Positions 9,324-18,851 of a DNA stretch of 64,000 bases are shown here, piece by piece. The notes under the pieces were generated by a model. The model searched no databases, was not told the origin of the DNA, and worked only from the letters and a program-made list of their open reading frames with translations. How positions within the stretch are numbered: position 1 is the first letter of the stretch; every line of letters begins with the position of its first letter. This DNA is from Actinomycetota bacterium (GTDB lineage: Bacteria > Actinomycetota > Geothermincolia > Geothermincolales > RBG-13-55-18), in NCBI GenBank assembly GCA_014360685.1, contig JACIXB010000016.1, positions 253,586 through 317,585 of the forward strand, written 5' to 3'. The position numbers were made by a program, and so were the translations under genes.

Positions 9324-10493
9324 ATGGATGAAAGATATCGTACTCCAGTGCCCAGGAAACGGAACCTCCTGGCCGAGGAGATGGGAAAGTTTGCCATATG
9401 CTACGCCCTCTCCGGGCATGCCTCGGCGGTGGGCAGGGATCGAACCGGCGCGCATCACCGCGGGTTGGAGGTGCAGGGGATAAAGGAGGCCATCCTCCGC
9501 GAGTCCCTGCGCGAGGGGGACACGGTGGAAACGGAGGGGATGCTCAGCCCCTACGCCGCCATATACCATCCCCGCGCCTACTATCCGGCCTACGTGATGG
9601 GGGAGATGCGCGCCGCCTTGCGCCGGGGAGAGCCGCCTCCCCGGGCCTCACCGCATTACCTTCCGGTATGCCGCCTACCGCGGCTTCCGGATGGGACGAG
9701 GGTCGGTTTCCTGTATGCCCTCCGCAGAAGGGATTTCGACCGCCCCGACTTTCCCGCTCACGTGAGGGATGTCCTCACCCGGGACTTTCCCCGCCTACCG
9801 GTCCTCTTTCCCGGTGGGGAGCACGGTCATTGGGGACGGGTGCGACTGCGTGCCAGGCTGTTGAGGCTGGAAGCGGAGGACGTACGCCGCCTGGCCGGGA
9901 TAGGGGAGGACGTCTACGGGGTTTACGCCGCGCGGGGGCTGGTCCATTTCCTGGAACCCCTGGAAATGGAAAATGTGGAAGCCCTTCCCATGCGGGGTTC
10001 CCTCTTCCTCGAGGCCTCCTTTCGGGGACTGCCGCCGTGGGAACGGTCCTGCAAGGCGCTGGATGCCGTTTTCCGGGAAACGGTGGACAGGGTTTTTCCC
10101 TCCTGCGAGCGGGGAGAGAGGGAGGAAGGCACCTGCCGCCTCCCGCACGGCGGGCACCACGTATTCCGTTTCCGCAACCGCCTTTTCGCCCTGATCTATC
10201 GCCCGGCCCTCGCCGTTTTTCGGGCCCCCGGGCTCCTGGGGCTCTTTCTCCCCGCGGACCTCGGGAATGGGGAGGAAGAGCCGCACGGTCTCTTTCGCCG
10301 CCTGGCCGTGGAGCTGCTGGAGGGCGTGTCCGGGGAACTCGGGGGGGAGGCCGGGTACAGGGTAGAGGTGGCCTACGACAACCGGCTGCCCTGGGTCCGC
10401 AGGCTCGGGGCCCTGGAGGGACCCGGTTTCAGGGCCCTGGGCGAGGAATACCCTTTCCTGGAGCCGGTCTTGAGCTGGCTCAGAGGAGCCTGA
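9324..10493 (+). CDS. hypothetical protein
   Basis: Long ORF converging on rnfB, with TATAAT (9311-9316) 7 nt before ATG 9324. No motif recognised. Confidence 0.65.
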   Translation: MDERYRTPVPRKRNLLAEEMGKFAICYALSGHASAVGRDRTGAHHRGLEVQGIKEAILRESLREGDTVETEGMLSPYAAIYHPRAYYPAYVMGEMRAALRRGEPPPRASPHYLPVCRLPRLPDGTRVGFLYALRRRDFDRPDFPAHVRDVLTRDFPRLPVLFPGGEHGHWGRVRLRARLLRLEAEDVRRLAGIGEDVYGVYAARGLVHFLEPLEMENVEALPMRGSLFLEASFRGLPPWERSCKALDAVFRETVDRVFPSCERGEREEGTCRLPHGGHHVFRFRNRLFALIYRPALAVFRAPGLLGLFLPADLGNGEEEPHGLFRRLAVELLEGVSGELGGEAGYRVEVAYDNRLPWVRRLGALEGPGFRALGEEYPFLEPVLSWLRGA

Positions 10494-10511
10494 AGACGGA
10501 TTCGGGAGACT

Positions 10512-11444
10512 TCAGGAAGGTTCACCGCCCTCCCGCGGAGGGGCCTCCTCCCGCGCCTCCGGCTTTTCCCTTCCGCCCCCTTCCTTACGCGGGCGCTTTT
10601 TCTTCTCCGGGACCACGAATTCCCCGCCCTCCGGGTGCCCTTCCCTCCCCACCCATACCTGGATGGAATCCGTGGGACAGACCGCCGCGCAATCCCCGCA
10701 GTTGGTGCACTTCTCGTAGTCGATGGAGGCGAACCCGTCCTGCACGTGAATGGCATCCGCCGGGCAGGCCTTCTCGCATCGCCGGCAGCCGATACAGGCC
10801 ACCTTGCACACCGCGGTGGCCTTCTTTCCCGTGTACTGGCTCCTGCAGCGCACGAAGACCCTGGCCGTCGAGGGGACCATCTCTATGAGGTCGCGGGGGC
10901 ACACGTCGGCGCACAGGCCGCACCCCGTGCACCTGCGCACGTTAACCCGGCTGATGCCCTCCTCGTCGAAGGCGATGGCGCTCACCGGGCAGACATCGGC
11001 GCAGTCCTGAAGCCCGAGGCAGCCGAAGGGGCAAGCCTTTCCCCCTCCCAGCATGTGAGCGGCACGACAAGAACTCACTCCCTGGTAGAAGGCCACCGGC
11101 GGAGAGAGCGATCTGCCGCCCCGGCAGTGGATGTGGGCCACCTGGGCCACTCCCGCCTCCACCTCCAGGCCCATGATCCTCCCCACCGCAAGGGTGACAT
11201 CCGGGCCTCCCGCCCGGCACACGTTCACCGGGGCGTCGCCCCTGGCCACCGCCTCGGCGGCCGCCTCGCAGCCCGGAAGCCCGCAGGCCCCGCAGTTGGA
11301 CCCCGGCAGGGCGTCGAGGATCTCCGCCACCTTTGGGTCGGTCTCCACGTGGAAGCGCCGGGAGGCCACGGCCAGGATGGCCCCCAGGAGTATACCGAAC
11401 CCCGCCAGGCTTATCACCGCTTTCCAGACCAGGGACCAGTCCAT
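10512..11444 (-). CDS. rnfB: Rnf electron transport complex subunit B
   Basis: N-terminal TM helix, LPGSNCGACGLPGC and multiple CxxCxxCxxxCP ferredoxin motifs. Last gene of the operon. Confidence 0.93.
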   Translation of the reverse strand: MDWSLVWKAVISLAGFGILLGAILAVASRRFHVETDPKVAEILDALPGSNCGACGLPGCEAAAEAVARGDAPVNVCRAGGPDVTLAVGRIMGLEVEAGVAQVAHIHCRGGRSLSPPVAFYQGVSSCRAAHMLGGGKACPFGCLGLQDCADVCPVSAIAFDEEGISRVNVRRCTGCGLCADVCPRDLIEMVPSTARVFVRCRSQYTGKKATAVCKVACIGCRRCEKACPADAIHVQDGFASIDYEKCTNCGDCAAVCPTDSIQVWVGREGHPEGGEFVVPEKKKRPRKEGGGREKPEAREEAPPREGGEPS

Positions 11445-11454
11445 CTTGCACCCC

Positions 11455-12078
11455 TCACAGGTTGAACATCCCCGCGAAGCCCATGAAGGCCAGGGAGAAG
11501 AGGGCGGCAGTTATGAAGGCTATGGGCACCCCGCGAAAGAACTTGGGGATGGGGGCCAGTTCCAGCCTTTCCCGCATGGCGGCGAAGAGGATGAGCACCA
11601 AGGAAAACCCCGCGGCCACCCCGATGGTGTAGACCAGCGCCTCGGGGAAGCCGTAATGGTAGGGAACGTTGAGCTTGGTGAAGAACCCCGGCTTGACGCT
11701 CTCCGTGGCCGCGGCCAGGACGGCGCAGTTGGTGGTGATCAGCGGCAGGTAGATGCCCATGGCCCGGTAGAGCGGAGGGCTGGTCTTCTTGATGACCATC
11801 TCCACGAACTGAACCAGGCTGGCGATGATGAGGATGAAGGAGGGGATGTACAGGAATTCCCCTACCCCCAGCGGTTTCAGCACGTAGTTCCAGGCGATCC
11901 AGCTCACCGAGGTGGCCATGGTCATGACGAAGATGACCGAGATGCTCATCCCCAGCGAGGTCTCCAGACTGGTGGAAACCCCGAAGAAGGGACACAGGGC
12001 GATGAAGCGGATGAGCAGGATATTGGCCACCAGGGAGGCGCCGAAGAAGAGCAGGAAGTATCTCCAGGCCTCGTTCAT
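11455..12078 (-). CDS. rnfA: Rnf subunit A
   Basis: NILLIRFIALCPFFG, GIYLPLITTNCAVL and AFMGFAGM. ATG 12078 follows GGAGG. Confidence 0.93.
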   Translation of the reverse strand: MNEAWRYFLLFFGASLVANILLIRFIALCPFFGVSTSLETSLGMSISVIFVMTMATSVSWIAWNYVLKPLGVGEFLYIPSFILIIASLVQFVEMVIKKTSPPLYRAMGIYLPLITTNCAVLAAATESVKPGFFTKLNVPYHYGFPEALVYTIGVAAGFSLVLILFAAMRERLELAPIPKFFRGVPIAFITAALFSLAFMGFAGMFNL

Positions 12079-12080
12079 CT

Positions 12081-12713
12081 CTAACCCTCCTCGGTCCCCG
12101 GTTTCTTGCGTGCCTGGTACCACTGCAACAGCGCCGAGAGCAGGGCGAAAGTGATGAAAGCGCCCGGGAACATGATCAGGATGACCGGGACCGCCTTGAT
12201 GTGGAGGTTGATGATCGTCTTATCGAAGAGGACGATCTTCCCGGTCCCGAAGAGCTCCCGGAAGACGCTCATGATCAAAAGGACCGTGGTGTACCCCATC
12301 CCGATGCCCAGCCCGTCCATGAGGGCGTGGGAGACCTTGGCGCTGGAGGCGTAACCCTCGGCCCGGGCCAGGATGATGCAATTGACCACGATGAGGGGTA
12401 TCCACACCCCGAGCCGCTCGTAGACCGCGGGGATGGTCTTCAGGGTGAGGTCCACGATGGTCACGAAGGAGGCTATGACCACGATGTAGATGGGGATGCG
12501 CACCTGGTCGGGGATGAAGTTGCGGATGAGGGAGATGATCACGTTGGAGCAGGTGAGCACGAAGATGACCGCCAGCCCCATGAAGATGCAGTTCTCCACC
12601 CGGGTGGAGATGGCCAGGGCGGAACACAGGCCCACCATGAGCACCAGGAGGGGGTTGGTGGTGATGAATCCCTTGCGCAGCTCCCCCCAGAGGGTCTTTT
12701 TTTTCTCCTCCAC
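12081..12713 (-). CDS. rnfE: Rnf subunit E
   Basis: NPLLVLMVGLCSALA, VRIPIYIVVIASFV and IPLIVVNCIILARAE. Confidence 0.93.
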   Translation of the reverse strand: MEEKKKTLWGELRKGFITTNPLLVLMVGLCSALAISTRVENCIFMGLAVIFVLTCSNVIISLIRNFIPDQVRIPIYIVVIASFVTIVDLTLKTIPAVYERLGVWIPLIVVNCIILARAEGYASSAKVSHALMDGLGIGMGYTTVLLIMSVFRELFGTGKIVLFDKTIINLHIKAVPVILIMFPGAFITFALLSALLQWYQARKKPGTEEG

Positions 12714-12715
12714 GA

Positions 12716-13285
12716 TCAAACTCCACCCCCTTCCTGGAGCCTTTTCCACATCTCCAGGGCCATGTTCACCCCGTTGGCGATGCCCTTGGAGGTGAAGGTA
12801 GCCCCTGTCCAGGCGTCCACGTCCACCTTGAGGGTCAGGGGCTCCGGGCCCTTGCCCTGGAACTTGGCTAGGTATTCCTCGGAGTCCAAGGCCACCGCTC
12901 CCAGCCCGGGGGTCTCCTCGTTGGTCACCGCCTTGATGCCGGTGACCTTGCCCTCCAGGTCCACCCCTACGGCCATGGTGATGAAGTTATAGCCCTTGCT
13001 CTTGAGCACGAAGGCGTAGCCCGCCCGCCGTCCGGCCTCGTCCAAGCCTTCGAAGACGGTGATGAGATCCGGGAAGTCGGGTTGCAGCAAGGCCGTGAGC
13101 TCCTCGCTCTCCTCCGGCTGGGCGGGTATGGAGGACAGGACCGCCTCCGCCGCCCTCGCCCTTCGCTTGGCCTCTTCCTGGGCGATGCGGTCCTTGACCA
13201 GGGAGTAGGTGAACCCCAGGCCGGCGGCAGCCACGGCGCAGACCAGGAATAGGCGCAGGCCCAGGTTGAGGACGTGGCGCATCAT
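12716..13285 (-). CDS. rnfG: Rnf subunit G (FMN-binding)
   Basis: N-terminal TM, ETPGLG and the flavinylation motif VDAWTGATFTS. ATGA overlap with rnfD. Confidence 0.92.
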   Translation of the reverse strand: MMRHVLNLGLRLFLVCAVAAAGLGFTYSLVKDRIAQEEAKRRARAAEAVLSSIPAQPEESEELTALLQPDFPDLITVFEGLDEAGRRAGYAFVLKSKGYNFITMAVGVDLEGKVTGIKAVTNEETPGLGAVALDSEEYLAKFQGKGPEPLTLKVDVDAWTGATFTSKGIANGVNMALEMWKRLQEGGGV

Positions 13286-14328
13286 GGCCCGCTCGCCTCC
13301 TTGGTCCGGGCTGCCTTCCCGTAGGTGCGGGGAAGGACGTAGCGATCGATGATGGGTACCAGGCCGTTCATGAAAAGGATGGCGAACATCACCCCCTCCG
13401 GGTTGTTGGACCAGAAGCGCAAGAGCCAGGTCACCAGGCCCAGCCCCAGGGCATAGATCACCTTGCCGCGCGGGGCCAGGGGGCTGGTGGTGTAATCGGT
13501 GGCCATGAAGATGGCCCCGATGAGCAACCCGCCCGCCAGGGTATAAAAGAGCGGATCCCTCCCGGTGATGGCGGTGAGAGCGGCGACCGTTCCCACGTAT
13601 ATGACCGGGATCCGCCAGTCGATGATGCGGGTGACCGCCAGGTAGATACCCCCCAGGACGAGGAGCAGGGCGGAGACCTCTCCCAGGCACCCCCAGGGGT
13701 TGGCCAGGAGCAGGGGCTTGTAATAGGAGGATGCCTGGATCCCGTGGGGAACACCGCCGGGTCCCACGGGACTGAGGGAGGGATCGTAGACGATCTTCAT
13801 GGCCGCCAGCGGGGAGGCCCCTCCGGCCACGTCCACCGCCTTCTCGATGGCCTTATGCGCCGGGGTGCTGGCGATGCCTATGGCCGCCGACTTGACGTAT
13901 CCCGCCGTCATGTAGGCGGCCCAGGAGACGAAGGCCACCGCCCTGCCCACCAGGGCGGGGTTGAAGAGGTTGTGGCCCAACCCGCCGAAGACCTGCTTGC
14001 CCAGCACGGTGGCCACCAGGCCGGCCACCAGGGCTATCCACCAGTTGACCTTGGGAGGGAGGGTGAGGGCCAGGAGCAAGCCGGTGAGCAAGGCGCTGCA
14101 GTCGTCCAGGGTCACCGGGAGGCGCCTGCCCTTCTGCACCGCCAACTCGCCAAGGAGGGCCCCGGCGATGGAGGATACGATGACGTAAAAACCGTGGACG
14201 CCGTGGATGACCACCGAGTACAGGGTCACCGGGGCCAGGGCCACGATAACCTGGCACATGATCTTCCGGGTGGTTATGGGATCCCGGATGTGCGGGGAGG
14301 TGGAGAGGATGAACCTAGTGGTTTCCAC
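13282..14328 (-). CDS. rnfD: Rnf subunit D
   Basis: SPHIR, KQVFGGLGHNLFNPALVG, GCLGEVS and FMATDYTTSP. Confidence 0.93.
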   Translation of the reverse strand: METTRFILSTSPHIRDPITTRKIMCQVIVALAPVTLYSVVIHGVHGFYVIVSSIAGALLGELAVQKGRRLPVTLDDCSALLTGLLLALTLPPKVNWWIALVAGLVATVLGKQVFGGLGHNLFNPALVGRAVAFVSWAAYMTAGYVKSAAIGIASTPAHKAIEKAVDVAGGASPLAAMKIVYDPSLSPVGPGGVPHGIQASSYYKPLLLANPWGCLGEVSALLLVLGGIYLAVTRIIDWRIPVIYVGTVAALTAITGRDPLFYTLAGGLLIGAIFMATDYTTSPLAPRGKVIYALGLGLVTWLLRFWSNNPEGVMFAILFMNGLVPIIDRYVLPRTYGKAARTKEASGP

Positions 14329-15724
14329 CGCCGCCCTCCTTCCCGGCGGAGGTTTCCCTTTCCCGGGCCCGTCTTTCCTCGGCGGCCTTGAGGCGGGCCA
14401 GTTCCGCCTTCCCGAACTTGATCAGCTGCACGATGGGGTTCCGCGTGGGGCAGGCATAAGCGCAGCACCCGCATTCTATGCAGTCGTTGATGTTCAAACG
14501 CCGGGCCTCCTCCCATCTCTCGCGGTGGGAAAAGACCGCCAGGTAGGTGGGGATCAGGTTCATGGGGCAGGCCTCCACGCAGCGGCCGCAGCGGATGCAT
14601 ACCGGCTCTCGGGGTACCTCATAGCTCGCCTCCCGGTCGGAAAGGGCCAGGATGCCCGAGGTCCCCTTGACCACCGGAACCTCCAGGGTGTGCTGGGCCA
14701 GGCCCATCATGGGTCCGCCCATGATGACCTTGGCCGGGTGGGACATGAACCCCCCGCAAGCCTCCACGGCGGCGGCGAAGCTGGTGCCCAGGGGGACCAG
14801 GAGGTTGGAGGGTTCCCGGATCACCGATCCGGTCACCGTGACCACCCTCTCCACCAGGGGCAAGCCGGTTCGGAAGTAGTGGGCGATGGCCCTCGCCGTG
14901 CCCACGTTGTTCACCACCACCCCCACGTGCATGGGCAGCCCCCCGGAGGGGACTTCCCTCCCCAGGATATTGGATATGAGTACCTTCTCCGCGCCTTGGG
15001 GGTAACGGGTCCTCAATGTGCGCAGCTCGATGGCCGGGTCCCGGACCACCTCCGCCAGCTTCCGGACGGCCAGGGGCTTGTTGTCCTCCACGGCGATGAC
15101 CGCCCGGGGGGCCCCCACGGCCTTCATGATGATCCGGAGTCCTTCCACCACCTCCTCGGTTTGTTCGAGCATCAGGCGGTAGTCGGCGGTGAGAAAAGGC
15201 TCACATTCCGCGCCGTTGAGAATCACCGTGTCGATGGGGAATTCCCCGGGCGGAGCCAACTTCACGTGGGTGGGAAAGGCGGCCCCGCCCAGCCCCACCA
15301 TACCCGCCGCGCGGACGGCACGGCGGATATCCTCGGGTCCCATGTCCTCCCATGGCGATGGCTGGAGGGAAGGATCACGCTCGTAGAGGCCGTCGTTTTC
15401 GATGATCACCGCGGGTGATTCCCCGCCCACCGGGTGGGGATGGGGCGCTATTTCCCGTACCGTTCCCGAGACGCTGGAGTGCACGGGGGCGGATACGAAG
15501 GCCTCGGAATCCCCGATCACCGTGCCCACCAGGACCCGGTCTCCCTTTTTCACCTTCGGAGAACAAGGCGCACCGATGTGCTGCCTGAGAGGGATGGCCA
15601 CAAGTTCCGGGGCTTCCATACGGGTTATGGGCTTTTCGGCGGTGTAATGCTTATTGTCCGGGGGATGGACTCCACCCCTGATCCTCTTTCGCCACCCGGC
15701 GTTAATCCCTGCCACTGTTCTCAT
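14315..15724 (-). CDS. rnfC: Rnf subunit C
   Basis: GGVHP, QHIGAP, GLGGAAFPTHVK, NGAECEP, GGPMMG and two 4Fe-4S motifs. Confidence 0.95.
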   Translation of the reverse strand: MRTVAGINAGWRKRIRGGVHPPDNKHYTAEKPITRMEAPELVAIPLRQHIGAPCSPKVKKGDRVLVGTVIGDSEAFVSAPVHSSVSGTVREIAPHPHPVGGESPAVIIENDGLYERDPSLQPSPWEDMGPEDIRRAVRAAGMVGLGGAAFPTHVKLAPPGEFPIDTVILNGAECEPFLTADYRLMLEQTEEVVEGLRIIMKAVGAPRAVIAVEDNKPLAVRKLAEVVRDPAIELRTLRTRYPQGAEKVLISNILGREVPSGGLPMHVGVVVNNVGTARAIAHYFRTGLPLVERVVTVTGSVIREPSNLLVPLGTSFAAAVEACGGFMSHPAKVIMGGPMMGLAQHTLEVPVVKGTSGILALSDREASYEVPREPVCIRCGRCVEACPMNLIPTYLAVFSHRERWEEARRLNINDCIECGCCAYACPTRNPIVQLIKFGKAELARLKAAEERRARERETSAGKEGGGGNH

Positions 15725-15961
15725 CGATGCTCCATGTCCGCGGGAAAACCGCCTGTTCCGGGCAAAATAAAACCGTATTGTAATTTAATCCCTCACCCGG
15801 AGGATGTCCAGAAGTATTTCGAAATTTCCAAAAAAATTTTTTTAGGAATCCGAAATTTTACCAGCTTCCTTTTGAGGACGGCGGACCGTCGGCGGGAAGG
15901 GGGATAGAGAGGGAAAAGGGGGCGGGAGACCGCCTGTCCACCCGTGGATTATACTGTTCCC

Positions 15962-16516
15962 ATGGAATGCAGGGGCGTGGTCACGGAAAGAGGGAGCGGA
16001 TGGGTGAGGGTGCGCGTGGCCGCCTCCGACTGTGCGCGGTGCGGAGCGTGCGGCATCTTCTCCCGGCGCGGCGGCGAGGAAGTGGAGATCATCGCCCTCG
16101 ACGATACCGGGGCCCGGGAAGGAGACGAGGTGGGGCTGGAAGTCCCCGGCCGGGCCGTGCTCCTCTCCTTCCTCCTGGCCTTCGGGCTTCCCCTGCTCGC
16201 CATGGCCGCTGCCTATCTCCTGGCCTTCCTCCTCTTCCTCGCGGCGGGAGGGAAGGCCAACCAGGGAGCGGCGATCGCGGCAGCGGTGGCTGCCGGCGGG
16301 GCGTGTTTCTGGGTGAGCGTCAGGGTGGCGGGAAGGAAGCTCGTCCATCCCCGGGTGACCTCCGTGATCCGGGAAACGGTGCGCATGGGGAGGGATCGCG
16401 GGGAGGGAAGCGGACATCCACTACCCGCGGGGTTCGACGCGGCGGAGGCGATGGGGGTTCGCCCCGCGTCCCCTGGAGAGGGTCAGCCCCCGTGCACCGG
16501 ACAGCGCGACGGGTGA
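15962..16516 (+). CDS. rseC: RseC/MucC family (SoxR-reducing system) protein, divergent from rnfC
   Basis: GxV...VRV..SDCARCGAC motif, GAREGDEV and two TM helices. The family is commonly linked to rnf. Confidence 0.8.
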   Translation: MECRGVVTERGSGWVRVRVAASDCARCGACGIFSRRGGEEVEIIALDDTGAREGDEVGLEVPGRAVLLSFLLAFGLPLLAMAAAYLLAFLLFLAAGGKANQGAAIAAAVAAGGACFWVSVRVAGRKLVHPRVTSVIRETVRMGRDRGEGSGHPLPAGFDAAEAMGVRPASPGEGQPPCTGQRDG

Positions 16517-16554
16517 CCCGGACAGGTCGTTCTGGGGAAGGAAAAGCAGCGAGG

Positions 16555-17343
16555 TCAGGGGTTTTCCCCCAGCTCGGCCAGGATATCCTCCACCGCCTCG
16601 CGGTCCTCGGGGTAGGAGAAGGTGCTCGTCCGGGCCGCGGCCGGGCCCTCCTCCTCTCGGCCACGGAGTATCCCCTGGATCTTGTCCTGGAGACGCGCCG
16701 CGCAGGCCCTGGCGCCCTCCGGGCCCACGTTGGGGAGGAGGACCACCAGGCGGTCCCCCACCCGGGCCAGCTCGTCCACGGCTCGGGTGTCGTTCTTGAG
16801 CACGTTCACCGTGACGTCGCGGAGAAGGCTCGCCCCCCTTCCCCTGGTTCGGGAGAGGAGGGCGGGGTCGAAGGAGAAGAACACCAGGGAGAAGGGTTTC
16901 CCGTACCTCTCGTGTTCCAGGACTCGCTGCTCGATCTCGCGGCGCAGGAAGCGCGCGTTTCCCACCTGGGTCTCGTCGTCCACCAGGTCCTGTTCCTCCA
17001 TCTTCACGAAGAAGTAGCGGAACTGGACGCGGATGTTGTGGCAGAGGAAGGCCATGATCCCGTAGACCAGGAACTTGGCGCCTATCAACTGGGCGAGCAC
17101 CCCGCCCTGGAAATCCCCTCTCCAGGCCAGGCGGCATGCGGAGTAGAGGGCCAGGCAGAGCAGAAAGGAGAGGACGGCGCCCCGCCTTCCCCCGTAGAGG
17201 CCGGCCACCACCACGGCCATCATCAGACAGTGGCCCAGGACCTCCACGGCATCCGTCTTCTGCACCGCCATGCCCACGGCCATGGCCGCGACGGCCAGGC
17301 CCATCACCAGGAGTACCAGGCGCTCGAACTTGGCGTATCTCAT
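16555..17343 (-). CDS. membrane protein with degenerate GGDEF domain (candidate c-di-GMP receptor)
   Basis: About 4 TM helices, then DETQVGNARFL...RYGKPFSLV...RAVDELARVGDRLVVLLP. RxxD is retained while GGDEF is replaced by GDRLV. Confidence 0.75.
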   Translation of the reverse strand: MRYAKFERLVLLVMGLAVAAMAVGMAVQKTDAVEVLGHCLMMAVVVAGLYGGRRGAVLSFLLCLALYSACRLAWRGDFQGGVLAQLIGAKFLVYGIMAFLCHNIRVQFRYFFVKMEEQDLVDDETQVGNARFLRREIEQRVLEHERYGKPFSLVFFSFDPALLSRTRGRGASLLRDVTVNVLKNDTRAVDELARVGDRLVVLLPNVGPEGARACAARLQDKIQGILRGREEEGPAAARTSTFSYPEDREAVEDILAELGENP

Positions 17344-17365
17344 GGCTTATCCTTCCTCCCCGGGA

Positions 17366-17704
17366 TCACAGTTCCTGGTGATAGGGACAAGAGACCTTGC
17401 CCTCCAACGGGTCGTAGAGATATTCCTGCCCCGATTTGGGGCACTGGAAATCGGTGCCGGCCTCCAGGTAATCGGGCACCAGTTCCTGGAGGGAAGGGGG
17501 GTAGGCTTCATGCTCGGCTTGGTAAACGCTGAGTGCCCCTCTTATGTTCTTCAGGTTGGCGCGGCAGGCTGTCTCCCGGGTGCGGTCCAGGGAGAAGGAA
17601 TAGGAGATGAAGGCGATGCCCAGGAGGATGGCGATGATCAGGAGGACCATCATCATCTCCACGATGGTGAAACCGTTTTGTCCGCCGCGACGCCGGTTGT
17701 TCAT
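17366..17704 (-). CDS. type IV pilin / prepilin-type N-terminal cleavage-methylation protein
   Basis: Basic leader then G|FTIVEMMMVLLII (class III signal, Glu at +5) and C-terminal cysteines. GGAG before ATG 17704. Confidence 0.88.
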   Translation of the reverse strand: MNNRRRGGQNGFTIVEMMMVLLIIAILLGIAFISYSFSLDRTRETACRANLKNIRGALSVYQAEHEAYPPSLQELVPDYLEAGTDFQCPKSGQEYLYDPLEGKVSCPYHQEL

Positions 17705-17728
17705 TATCTCCACCCCGTCACAGGTTAA

Positions 17729-17756
17729 TTCTCGGTGTATGCACGGATATCCTTGA
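17729..17756 (-). promoter_or_regulatory. putative sigma28/WhiG-type promoter for the pilin-GGDEF operon
   Basis: Minus strand reads TCAA-N16-ACCGAGAA against consensus TAAA-N15/16-GCCGATAA, about 25 nt upstream of the pilin ATG. Confidence 0.45.
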
Positions 17757-18326
17757 ACGTCGAGTCCCGAAACATTGTTTCTCCGGCCCCGCCCCGGTTT
17801 GGTCCCAGGTGCACGAACGGTGATTACCTCTGGAAATCGACTCCCGGGTCACGATTCGCGCCGTTGCGAAGGGAGACGCGCCTGGGTTAAAAGGCGATCT
17901 TTTTCGATTGTCGGAAGGAAGATACGGTGCGCTCCCGGAACCCTTGCGGGTCTTGACGAGGGTCGGCGGGCGCGTCCCCCACATGTTTGCGCCCCGGGAT
18001 GGGAATAATATGCGAGAAAGGGGATCGGCAGGGCAACACGAATAAATACCTTGAAAGCCTTCCGTGGGAGAGGAAGGGCAGGGAGGGTGCCGGGTAGCGG
18101 GTGGATCACCAGTGGCAGTCGGCGGAACCCCGCCGGGTGCGGTGAGGGGCCGCGCTGCAGGTGAGCGGGTGAAGGCGGAACCCGGTGGTCTCGGCCGATG
18201 GCGGATGCGTGACCGTTGATGGGTTGGATCGCTCAAGGGGGTGGCGAAGCTCGTGTACCGCTGGGCCGTCGTGTAAGCGTGGAATGACCGGGCCCGGGGT
18301 AATATCGTGGAAGGATTCGGGAAAAC

Positions 18327-18815
18327 ATGGAAAAAAACGAGGAAAGATACCTCCATCCGTCGCCGGGAATGGAGCTTTTTACGCACAGTCACAACGGGGC
18401 GGTGAGCGGGGGTCGAGGCTTGCAGGGGGACAAGGCCTTCCTCGCGGGAGGAGCCCTGATCCTCGCTTCGTCCTTCCTCTACCCCTACCTCAGGGGGTGG
18501 GTGGAACGCTTGTCACCGGGGTGTCTTTTCCGCCGGCTCACCGGACTTCCATGCCTGCTTTGCGGGATGACCCGCAGTTTCGCCGCCGTCTCCCACGGAC
18601 GCTTCTCGGATGCCTTCCGCCATCACCTGCTGGGACCGCCCCTTTATTTGTCGGTAACCGCTATGACCGCCGGGCTTGCCCTGGAGCGGGTGACCTCGCG
18701 GCGTATATTACCCCGCCCCGGCGAGGAGTCCGCGAGGCGCCTGGCGAAAGCAGGCTTAGCCCTACTGGTGGCCGCATGGGCGATACGGCTTTTTCTCTTT
18801 GGCGTGGAGGCATGA
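18327..18815 (+). CDS. DUF2752-like membrane protein
   Basis: GCLFRRLTGLPCLLCGMTRS...HG.F..AF..H motif. Start uncertain. Confidence 0.78.
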   Translation: MEKNEERYLHPSPGMELFTHSHNGAVSGGRGLQGDKAFLAGGALILASSFLYPYLRGWVERLSPGCLFRRLTGLPCLLCGMTRSFAAVSHGRFSDAFRHHLLGPPLYLSVTAMTAGLALERVTSRRILPRPGEESARRLAKAGLALLVAAWAIRLFLFGVEA

Positions 18816-18851
18816 AGGGCCCGCGGGGCCGGAAGGAGAAAGGAGGTAGGC

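Noticed and set aside
17940..18000. Possible c-di-GMP-I riboswitch upstream of the pilin (minus strand GCAAAC...GGGACGC)
   Set aside because: There is no GNRA-capped P2 stem and no GCAAAG/P3 receptor, so the resemblance is only partial.
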